Assembly: GCA_937625935.1 (NCBI GenBank)
Contig: OW569390.1
Coordinates: 248,001-312,000, forward strand
DNA: 64,000 nucleotides
Source: Tetramitus jugosus
Taxonomy: Eukaryota; Protista; Heterolobosea
Reading direction: 5' to 3'
Below the pieces are notes generated by a model. It was not told the DNA's origin, did not search any database, and was given only the letters and a program-made list of their open reading frames with translations. Of the stretch, positions 12,034-21,561 are shown one piece after another. A program made the position numbers and the translations under genes. Every line of letters starts with the position of its first letter. Position 1 is the stretch's first letter.

Positions 12034-12047
12034 GATGAAAGTAGCAA

Positions 12048-12121
12048 GCGGTTGTAGATCAGTTGGTTAGATCGTGAGCTTAACACGCTCAAGGTCGCTG
12101 GTTCGATCCCGGTCAATCGTA
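12048..12121 (+). tRNA. tRNA-Val, anticodon AAC
   Basis: Full cloverleaf: acceptor GCGGTTG/CAATCGT, D stem GATC/GATC, anticodon stem TGAGC/GCTCA with loop TT-AAC-AC, T arm GCTGG-TTCGATC-CCGGT, discriminator A. Confidence 0.95.
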
Positions 12122-12125
12122 AATG

Positions 12126-12131
12126 TTTTTT
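12126..12131 (+). terminator. Pol III oligo-dT terminator
   Basis: T6 run beginning 5 nt after the tRNA discriminator. Confidence 0.8.
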
Positions 12132-12145
12132 GTTTGTAGAGTTTA

Positions 12146-13510
12146 TTAGTAGCGAATGATAACTCCCGCAATCGACAATCCTGCACCTGTGCCCATCAGG
12201 AGCACTTTGTCCCCTCGATTTACGCACTTCTCTACTTTAACGGCTTCATATAGGGTAGATGGTAGTGAAACGGAAATACAATTGCCCAATTCGTACAGGG
12301 TCTTGATCACTTTGTCATCTGGCCAGTTGAATGCTTGTGACATGAGTTCCATTCCAGCTCTCGATGCTTGATGAGGAATAATTGCAGCAAGATCATCTAC
12401 TTTTCCAACAGTCAAGCCAGGTCTCAATCTCTCTAAAAAGGAATATGCTTTCTCGGCAGTAAACTGCAACACTTGCTTCCCGTTCATATAAAAGAAGTTA
12501 TCGGCATCTCTGGTGGTTCTGAAGCTAGGATGTCTCTTGCTTCCTCCACCTCGAATCGTGGTCAACTCTGCACCACCACTATACGTCTCAAACAACCACC
12601 TATGAACGCCTGTTTTCGCCTCGTATACATTTTCCGCATCTTTGTTGTAGTAATCATCTGGCAGAGTGACAACGACAGCGGCAGCACAATCACCCATCAA
12701 GCCAGCCGAATGAGGATTTCCTGTAAAATTCAATCCACAACTTGCAGCCTCCGAACTAGCAATCAAAATGTAAGGTTTCCTCCTTTGCTTTGAACCACTC
12801 TTTGCTTCTCTTCTTCTGGCTAATCTTCTATCCAAATTAGGCAACATCTGAGCAGCGATATGAAACGCTTGCAGAAAACTGAGACAAGTAGAATGGACAC
12901 TGGTGCTTGGTATTCCAGTATCTGATAACCCCAGTGCACAATGTAACAATGTAGAGCTGTCCGGAATGGCCCTCTCTGGTGTTCCTGATGCCCACAAAAT
13001 CATGGACAAATCATGAGCTTCAATTCCGCATTCTTCAATGGCTTCTCTACTAGCAATCAATGCCATTTCAACCACATCAATCACCTTTTCATCATTAAAC
13101 TCAGTCTTGTTGCCATGTTCAATCGATTGAATAAACGATTGGCTGATGCAACTTGGTCTTCTCACTGCCAAATGTTCCGCGCACTGCACCCATCTTCGAT
13201 TGCGGACACCACATGTCTTCTCTGTGAATCCAATGGGCTTATCGCACATCTTGTCAATGGTTTCACTCGGGATGACAAACGGAGGAACAAATCGACCCAT
13301 GCCCACAATTTCAATCGACAAAAAATCATCTTCAATCATTGCACTACCACCACTAGATGCAGTGTTTGCATGAGTATGAGTAGTCGTAGTCGCAGATGAT
13401 GTGCTCTGTGGAGATAACAACAAGTGTTGTTGTAGCTTTCGTTGTTCCTCTGCCTCTGATGGAAAGGGAAACAAGTGATTTTGGAGAATGGTTAATCTTT
13501 GGTTCTTCAT
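12146..13510 (-). CDS. fabH: 3-oxoacyl-ACP synthase III (FabH/KAS III-like) with N-terminal PTS2
   Basis: Cys-His-Asn triad contexts STCLSF, IIPHQAS and LGNCISVS; also MGDCAAAVV, FYMNGKQV and LLMGTGAG. RLTILQNHL at residues 5-13. Confidence 0.9.
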   Translation of the reverse strand: MKNQRLTILQNHLFPFPSEAEEQRKLQQHLLLSPQSTSSATTTTHTHANTASSGGSAMIEDDFLSIEIVGMGRFVPPFVIPSETIDKMCDKPIGFTEKTCGVRNRRWVQCAEHLAVRRPSCISQSFIQSIEHGNKTEFNDEKVIDVVEMALIASREAIEECGIEAHDLSMILWASGTPERAIPDSSTLLHCALGLSDTGIPSTSVHSTCLSFLQAFHIAAQMLPNLDRRLARRREAKSGSKQRRKPYILIASSEAASCGLNFTGNPHSAGLMGDCAAAVVVTLPDDYYNKDAENVYEAKTGVHRWLFETYSGGAELTTIRGGGSKRHPSFRTTRDADNFFYMNGKQVLQFTAEKAYSFLERLRPGLTVGKVDDLAAIIPHQASRAGMELMSQAFNWPDDKVIKTLYELGNCISVSLPSTLYEAVKVEKCVNRGDKVLLMGTGAGLSIAGVIIRY

Positions 13511-13771
13511 TAATGAAAAGTTGTGACTTGTTTGTGTGTGAATCGGTTTTCCACAGAAGTGTGAGAGCAGGGAAAATCTTCCCGTTGTCGAGTGTCAGGA
13601 GAAACGAAAAAGTTCCTGGTTTCTTCTAAATGCGGGAAATATGGTCCAGCTCGGAATACACTAAAATGTGCAGTTGATGATCTTGATGTTTACATAAAGG
13701 GAATTGTAAAATAGTTGGTTTACTTCTAGAGATTTGTACGTCATGTCCATTCTTTGTTGATGATGTGTCAA

Positions 13772-14230
13772 TCAGATGCTCTCCGATGGATACAGACCGG
13801 TCAAGTAATTCACCTCTGGTGAGTAGTCTCTCACTGTTGCGATGTATTCCTTGCCTCTCCTTGCTCCCTCGTACACTGTTTCAATGATGTCTGAGAGAAC
13901 ATCGACGTTGGGAATCGAGGAGTCAATTCGATCCTTGCTTCCCTCACCATAATCGAAGCTGACAATCTGATTGTTGTGAAAGAAGACAAGATTACAATTA
14001 CCTACCAGAGAGAATGTTTTGTTGTATTGTGGGACGAGAGTGCTGTCTACGAGATAGAAGGCCACCTTATCATGGAATTTGTCAACAATCCGAAACAGAG
14101 TTTCATCCAATTCTATGCATTGAGCATCGTTGTCGTGACCGAAACGTATGCATACAAGTCTATCGTCTTCACTCATGATGGCGTTATCTACGGCATGAAC
14201 AGAGTTCAAATGAGCGATTGCGTGTGACAT
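13772..14230 (-). CDS. Dim1/Dim2 (TXNL4) family thioredoxin-like spliceosomal protein, divergent
   Basis: AVDNAIMSEDDRLVCIRFGHD, FYLVD and DIIETVYEGARRGK match the DIM1 family pattern. Confidence 0.85.
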   Translation of the reverse strand: MSHAIAHLNSVHAVDNAIMSEDDRLVCIRFGHDNDAQCIELDETLFRIVDKFHDKVAFYLVDSTLVPQYNKTFSLVGNCNLVFFHNNQIVSFDYGEGSKDRIDSSIPNVDVLSDIIETVYEGARRGKEYIATVRDYSPEVNYLTGLYPSESI

Positions 14231-14494
14231 GACAATGATAATTTGTCAATGTGTCTGTCAATGTGATTCAAGTTGTGTTAAGTAGTTAAAGGTCAAGAAA
14301 AGTATGTATCGGCGATAAGAACAACCTTCTATCAAAATGCGTTAGTTTCTGTCATGAACCGAGCACAGGAAGGAAAGTTTTTTTGAGTGTATTCGCTTGT
14401 TGTAAGCCAAAAATATCAACTGTCGGTTGTTGAGTCTTCAACGACTAATGACCCAGCATCAACAACTAAAGGAACATGTTGGAAAGTAAAAAGT

Positions 14495-14836
14495 TTAATC
14501 ACCAGTTGTTGATGATTGTAAGTTTCTCCTCTCACTAGTTGTTGTGTCCTTCGTGTCCTTTGGAGTTGTGCGCTGAAGAGGATAGATGACACCTTCCTCG
14601 CACTCGGATCGACTCACACGATTCACATCACTGTCCATTTCTACAGATTGCTCACTCTTGGCTTCAAACATGTCCTTGTCCATTATTGTGTTCTCCTCGC
14701 TTCTTCCCATATCTCCACTGTTGACATTGCTCGTATCGTCTGTGTGACACTGAGTCGTTGAGTCGTGAATGAGGTTGTGATGTTGAGTGCTGTCCAGTGA
14801 TTCTTGTGGTTTCACTCTCTGATTAATCACTGTCAT
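14495..14836 (-). CDS. Small acidic, probably disordered hypothetical protein (113 aa)
   Basis: ATG14836 in ACA-ATG context; S/T/D/E-rich; no recognisable domain. Confidence 0.45.
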   Translation of the reverse strand: MTVINQRVKPQESLDSTQHHNLIHDSTTQCHTDDTSNVNSGDMGRSEENTIMDKDMFEAKSEQSVEMDSDVNRVSRSECEEGVIYPLQRTTPKDTKDTTTSERRNLQSSTTGD

Positions 14837-15158
14837 TGTTCTTGTAAAGGATGTACAGGCGTTCTGGTGCTTCAATTGTATGATGATCAACTTGAATACA
14901 AGAAAACTAAATTCTAATTTTATGTACAAAAAATTTTGTAATCCAACATCAATTTCCTGTTACTTTCTCGTCAGCTAGTGAACGGAAATGTCGTTCAAAG
15001 GTCATGTAGTTGAAAGAGACCTAGACTATCCGAGTGAACATAATAGAAGAGTGCAAGCAGGTGTCGAGCGATGACTGTGTGGAACCACTGGAGAGAGTGA
15101 GCTCTATGATACAAAAGAGGAGTGCGAGTGTTTTGCTGCTTGGTGAGCTCACCACTCT

Positions 15159-15356
15159 TCAATTCTTTAGCTTTGCACTGTCATGATCCTTGTTGAACAC
15201 CAGTTTCACAGGTTGATAGTCAAACGATGCCATGTATTCTTCCTCTGTGAACTGGAAGTAATCATCAGTGTTTGGCTTCTTTGCTTCAACAATCATGTTG
15301 ACATCTTGAGAGTTCAGAGTTGGCACATATTCATATTCTTGCTTTGTTGAGTTCAT
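15159..15356 (-). CDS. 65-aa microprotein of unknown function
   Basis: CA-rich leader, AAA-ATG context, upstream TATAAAAG and CCAAT boxes, protein-like composition. Confidence 0.65.
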   Translation of the reverse strand: MNSTKQEYEYVPTLNSQDVNMIVEAKKPNTDDYFQFTEEEYMASFDYQPVKLVFNKDHDSAKLKN

Positions 15357-15455
15357 TTTCGTGTTATGGAGTTGTTCTGTTGTTAGAATTGGTAGTTTGT
15401 TATCTGTTGTGTTGTGTGTTGTTATGCTGATGTAGAACGTGCCAGAGTTTCATGT

Positions 15456-15533
15456 CTTTTATACTCTCGAAGCCTGGTGGGGTTGCATTGCGGTTCCGCA
15501 GTTTACGTGCGGAACATTGGGAAAAATGATTGG
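15456..15533 (-). promoter_or_regulatory. TATA and CCAAT promoter of the 65-aa gene
   Basis: On the minus strand: TATAAAAG at 15463-15456, CCAAT at 15520-15516 and 15533-15529. Confidence 0.55.
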
Positions 15534-15869
15534 CTAACAGCCGCGGCATTTTGTTTCAAAATCAATCTATGGAGATGTTTGCGGCTCCGCCAGAACCTTC
15601 TGAATGCACAGAATCGGAAAGAAATTGAGCTCTGGGTACTGCAGAGTGAAAGAATTACAAAAATTGCAGATGTTATCCAAGGATTAAGTCGTGATTAATT
15701 GTTTGCTTCTTATTTGGCAGAAAAAGCTGTTCGGATACATTATTAAGACGTGAGAGGATCTTGGAAAACACTGTCAGGACAGTAATCAACCAAAGAACAG
15801 AATCAACAGACATAGTGTTCAGTTTCATTATACTTCTTTTACGATTGAAGCAGCTTTGGAGAATCACAT

Positions 15870-16257
15870 TCAGTCTCCGAAAGGAGATTTGTCTCTTATC
15901 CCACCAAGAGTTGCTGAAATGTACTCACAATACTCAGTCACCGTTTCGATGAAAGCAATATCTCGTCCGCAATCATACCAACTAAGTGCGCTATTACCCT
16001 TCAAATAAAGTAGTACTTTCTCTGTGATCGATTCTTGATCGCATCCATCCATTGTAAGTGTGTGAACACCCGTCAAATAAAGAAATGCATTGACTGTGAT
16101 ATTCGTACAATAACTCATATCGAGTGTGTGAACACCAACCAAATGAGAAAATGCAATGTCTGTGATTTGCGTACAGCCTCCCATATAGAGTGTGAATTCC
16201 AGACAAATGAATGAATGATTTATCACCATGCACAAAATCAACCATCACTCGACACAC
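15870..16257 (-). pseudogene. Frameshifted leucine-rich-repeat gene fragment
   Basis: Repeats of ITDxAFxHLxG(I/V)HTLxMxxC split over two frames at ~16185 (HLSGIHTLY | MGGCTQITDIAF), consistent with loss of an AT dinucleotide. No valid start. Confidence 0.7.
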
Positions 16258-16486
16258 ATGTCAACCCCTCACTTACTTTCTTCGAATACCTCCGTAACAT
16301 GTACGTTGTCGGACAACTTAACCTACATCAAGTTCATCAAATGAGAATCTTAAGCCAAGCAGAGCAACTTTAGATGCAACGACAATGTCCTGGAAGTCCA
16401 ACAAGCACAGTCTCAAGTAGAGAGACAGTATTATAGAGCAATATCGTTCTTCTAACTCAAGCTTCTATACCTGCAGTTATCATGTA

Positions 16487-18942
16487 CTACACCGTATCCA
16501 GCTTGGTTTCCATCTCTATTCTGGTCTGAATGATGTTTTCAAAATGAATGCTCAGTTCTTCTACAGGTACATCTCTATCGCTAATCGTTTGAAGGAAAGA
16601 TTCGATTGACTCGAGAGATTTTGATTCTTTGGTCTTGAGCTTGGACGGAACGTTATCGGGATTTGTGCATTCCATAATATCTCTGTATTCATTGTACGTT
16701 AAGCCCAACAAGGACAATGATACATTCTGTACCGATTGGGAAGAGTGAATAGGACGGATTGATCTTGTTTTGTACTTTTTGGTTTCGATCGCGTCCACGA
16801 GCTCTGTGACTTCTTGAATTCGATCAATCTGTCTTCTTGCAATTAGTATCAGAAGCTCCTTAAATTTTTCGTCATTTAGTGCTGAATCCAACTTCGATTT
16901 TAAAGACAAAAGAAGTTTGTTCTTCTCACTGATAGTTTTGTTCGAAGTTGATAGATCGTCCCTCAATTGTTGAATAACTTCCTTTAGTTTTGCATTGTTC
17001 GTTGTTTCGTCTTTCATTATTTTCTCTATTCGTTGTTTGTATTGTCTGATATTGGCATTCTTTTCTTCGATAGTTTTAGTTGCGACCATTAGCTCATCTT
17101 CCATTTTCTTCACTATATCAGTGTATCTCACATTTAGATTTTGGTAATCCCGGGTTGCGTTATGCCTTTTCTGTAACTCTCTTACTTTACTTACAAGTGA
17201 GATATTATGATTTTCTACCTCGTCAACTTTCGCCTCCAAAGCTGTAATCTTTGCTCGATACTCTTTTACCATGACATCCTTCTTTGTTGAATCTCTTACT
17301 GCCTTCTTTACTCTTTCATCCGATTCTTTAACGGATTGAAGAACCTCAGCATAGGCACTTGCCTGAGTTGCATTAACAAACTCTTGCTGTTTCATTTTGA
17401 GATTTTCCTTCTCCTCTTTGAAGGTTTTCTTCTCCTCTTTCAAACGACTACTGAGTTGATTTACCTTCTCTTTAAGATGCACAATCAACTCTTCTTTCTT
17501 TGGAATGAGGGACAGTAATTTGTCCTTTTCTCTCTTTACTGTCGATAAGCTCAATCTAAGAGCAACTAATTCTCCCTCAATATCTTCTATCTTTCCCAAC
17601 TCTTGACGCAACAAATTAATTTGTTTTTGGTAATCATCTATTATCTCATCCTTTTCTTTTTCTAACTTCCTAATAGTATCAATCTTGTTTTGATAGTCTA
17701 ACCGTATCTCCCTCTTCTCTTCATTAACTTGTTCGATCTTTCCTTTGCAAACATCCTCTAAGTTGCTCAAGTTTCTCCTACTTAGTTCCAACTCATCCTT
17801 GGCTGATCGAAGACTGTCCAGGCATTCAGTTAATCTCTTCGTCAGCAGCTTGTTGTGTTCTTCAATTGAATTTTTCTCCTCCATTATCTTTTCGAGTGCC
17901 ACAGAGCTAGCAATTAACCTCTCTTCATACTCTTCCTTTAATTTTCCAAGTTCTTCTCTGGCGTAATTATTCACCTCAACTATTTTGCTCTCGAGAGATG
18001 CCACTTTCTTTGCATTATTTGATTTCGCTCCCAGCATCTCCTGTCTTAGTTGATCAATGTATTCTTTAGACTCTTTCAACTTTTTGGAAAGGTGTTCTCT
18101 CTGTTCATTCGCCCTAGTTAATTCCATTTCGCATTGTTTGCTTTTCTCCAGGTCACTCTCTGATTGTTTTACCTTGACCATAAGAGAGTCTTGCTTTTTC
18201 CTCATTTCATTCACAAGTTGATGTAACCGTTGCGTATTATTTTGTTCTGTGATCAATTGATCCAAATTCTTATCTCTCTCTTCGATACTATGGTTTTGAC
18301 TCTGTTCGATTAGCATATTCTTTTCCAATAGCTCTCGCTCCTTGTCAAGTAACTTTTGCTTCAACATCTCATTCTCACTCTCCAGTTTCGCATACTTGTC
18401 GTTCCATAACTGAAGTCTATTGATGACGAGAGATTCTCTTCCCTGTAACTCTTGAATCTCTGCGTTGTGTTTGTTCCGTTCGTAATTCATGATTTCTGTC
18501 AACGAGGTTACATGCTCCTTACCCGCTGCAATTTCTTTCCTTAAATCACTCTCCACTTCTCGTTGATTCTTTATTGTGTCATTCAGCTCTTTGATTTGAT
18601 CTCTATATTTCTGTTGAGACGCGTGTTAACCTACTAGATGATGAATTGTCAGATCAGTTCAAAGTAATCTCTCTTACCTGCTCATTGTCTGACTCCATAT
18701 TTTTGAGTAGACCTTGTGTCTTCAACAATTTTTGTTCTATCTCTGAGATGACCTCATTATTGGAATCGAGCTGATTCTGTAGATCCCTAATGCATGCATC
18801 CTTTGATTCCAAAATCTCCAATATTTTCTTCTTCTCATCTAAGCTGCAAACAGAAAGGAGTGTGAATTGCAAAGAACTGAGAGTATGTTTACGAAGATAA
18901 AATTGAATCATACTTTAACATCAGAGTGTTTTGTGCAAACAT
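16487..18942 (-). CDS. Coiled-coil protein (exons 18942-18914, 18843-18678, 18610-16487)
   Basis: GT-AG introns 18913-18844 (70 nt) and 18677-18611 (67 nt) join three frames without stops; continuous heptads. Confidence 0.85.
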
Positions 18943-19170
18943 TTCCACTGATTAATTTCACAACAACTCTGAGATCGATTTCATTGAATGGCGCCGCTTC
19001 TTTCGCGCTCTTATTTCCAAAGGGCAACTCAACAAAGTGAAGAGAGAAGTTGGTCCGTCCCAGATCACTGGTGTCCTCTGTTTCAATTCGAATGACAATT
19101 CACTCTTCTTTGACAAACTTCAAAACATGCTCAACACGACAGGCTTTCAAAAAACAATGGATTTACATAA

Positions 19171-20819
19171 TTACATTACATTACAGTTTCCCTTGTCCTT
19201 TTTGCTCCGTCCTTGACTTGGAATACCGGAATTGCTGCCAATGCTTAATCGCCTTGGATCACCTGATGCATCAACATTGGAACGCATGCTGTGATCATCA
19301 AACGAGTCAGCATCTCCATCACTGTCATCATCACTCAGTGCATGCGTACTACTGCTGCTGACAGTATTGTTCATGGAGGCTGCTGGTGAAGATGGCATGC
19401 CAATCGATGATGTTGACAGACGATTTCCAAGACTGAATCCAGAGAAATGAACAGCGCTCAACCTCTGACTCGCCACACTCTGGCTCAATCTTCTGTGTGT
19501 TGGCAGATCGGTCGATGTCATTGTCGTATTCACAGCTTTTGCAATATAGGGCAACAGTGAAAAAGACCGCCATCGATCAACAAGCGGATTCGGTTGTGGT
19601 TTATCATTGTACTGCGTTGTTTGGAACCAATCATTCTCCTTGATTTGTCGAATCGAGAACCGTGTTTCCTCATCCTTGCTCATCATTCCCCGTATCAAAT
19701 CAGCCAACGACTTCTCCACCCATCCCGGAATCTCATATTCTGCCTTTGCAATTTGCTCGTACAGATTGAACACGTTGGATCCCTGGAAGGGGTATTGACC
19801 AGTGACGAGCACGTACAGTGTGACACCACCGGCCCAAATGTCCAATTTGAATCCAGAGAAGCTCTTTTTGCCAGTGGCAATCTGAGGTGATTGAAACGCT
19901 GGACTACCATGTGAATGCGTACACATGTCACTCTGTGAGAATTGACTCAATTCACTCGCGACTCCAAAATCAGAAATTTTGAGGATTCGATCCGGTGTAA
20001 TCATGAGATTGGCTGGTTTGATGTCTCTGTGAATAATACCGAGATTGTGCTACAATTTCGTTGTTGTTGTTGTTTCCAGTGTTAGATAAGGTTTACATAC
20101 ATGATGAAAAAAACAAACACACAAAAACAACTCACACACAGATTACAAAAAATGACACACATACAATGTACTCTAATCCCTCAATAAATTGTCTAAAAAA
20201 TCGCCAAACATCACACAATGGTAATCGCTTATTCGGATGACTGTTGATCACTTGTTGCAAACTTCCTGCACCAGCAAACTCCAACACAATATAAATCTTT
20301 TGCTTTTCCTCCTTTTGTATCACTTCAATCAACTGTATCACATTGGCGTGCTTTAGTTTTCTCATAATATTCACCTCATTTCTCAAATTCTCCTCTCCGC
20401 CCTTAATCTTCTTCAATAACCGTTTTTTGATGATTTTGATGGCAACTCTCTTGAGTGTGTGACTGTCAATGGCCTCTCTCACCTTTCCATAGGCACCTGT
20501 TTTGTTCATGTCCCAATAAATCGATGCATGTTTGTGTGTGTGTGAGTGTGAGTGAGTGAGTGATGTCTTGATAAGGTTATCCGAATTGAAACAACTAACA
20601 ACAAGAAGAACACATGAAAAACATGCAAAAAAAAATCAACATACCTTCACCCAAAATTTCACCCAACACATATTGATTGATTTTCTTGGGACCCTTGTCC
20701 TGTGTCTTATACGTCACTTCATTCAAATCATCTGAATAGAGACTCGAGTTGGATGCAGAGAGAGGATAGGATGATGGCGAACTAGTTTGGCCGAGTGATA
20801 GTGCTGCTGAACCTCTCAT
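19171..20819 (-). CDS. STK11: Serine/threonine kinase LKB1/STK11 (exons 20819-20645, 20496-20165, 20049-19171)
   Basis: YVLGEILGEG|AYGKVREAID, KIYIVLEF, HRDIKPANL, KISDFGVA, GSPAFQ, FSGFKLDIWAGGVTLY and C-terminal CaaX (CNVM). Introns 20644-20497 and 20164-20050. Confidence 0.93.
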
Positions 20820-21142
20820 TATTGATATGATTGATGATTGTTATTGTTGAAAATAGGATGATTAACTGTGCGTGTCGTACAATGTTTTGCGTCGTTGATG
20901 TGATTGTGTTGATTTTGTATTCAAATCTGTGATTAGTTGTCGAGTCGAAAAAATGGATGATGAATATGACTGCAAAAGCTTTTGGTTGTTTGGCCGAAAA
21001 AAAATGGGTTGTCGTCCTGGGAACTTGTCCGTGGTTTCTCGGGTTGGAGGGCGCGAAAGGTGTTATGGTTGCTTTTTTTTGGTCTCAGGGAATGGAGGCT
21101 TTTTTTTCGTCGCCAGAAGAAGTGGATGGAAAGGTCAGGGCT

Positions 21143-21158
21143 TCTTTGGCGCCAAAGA
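21143..21158. promoter_or_regulatory. 16-bp palindrome carrying E2F-like sites in the LKB1/DUS1 divergent promoter
   Basis: TCTTTGGCGCCAAAGA contains TTTGGCGC on both strands; GCGCGAAA at 21051-21058. Confidence 0.45.
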
Positions 21159-21561
21159 GAGTTCTATTTTGCGAGAGTGCGACTTTTGCAGAAAATAGAA
21201 AAAGGTTATTGTAGTTCGGCCTGTCAGGGCCTTCAACTGCCCTTCTACATGTGAAAAGCGTCACCTTTCCTGTATGAAAAAAATCTGGAAGGCGGTAAAT
21301 TTTAGGTGATGTGACGTTAACGGAAAGACTCTTGGTCTACGGTATCCAACTGGTTTAGTCATTTTCAATGTTCTTCACTCTTTAAGTGTTCACAACTTGT
21401 GAAGTGAGAGCTCAGAGCAGTTACGAGAGATTTACAAGAAAGATTTACAAGAACCTTGCAGTCGGACAAATATTGATTGATTCAGGAAAATTTTTGGTTC
21501 AACAAACAAATTGCACTATTAGCATAATTGACCACCGCCCAAGAAAAAACAATTTTTCCAC

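Noticed and set aside
20929-21254. Three overlapping short ORFs
   Set aside because: LKB1/DUS1 promoter DNA with A/T runs; no coding signal.
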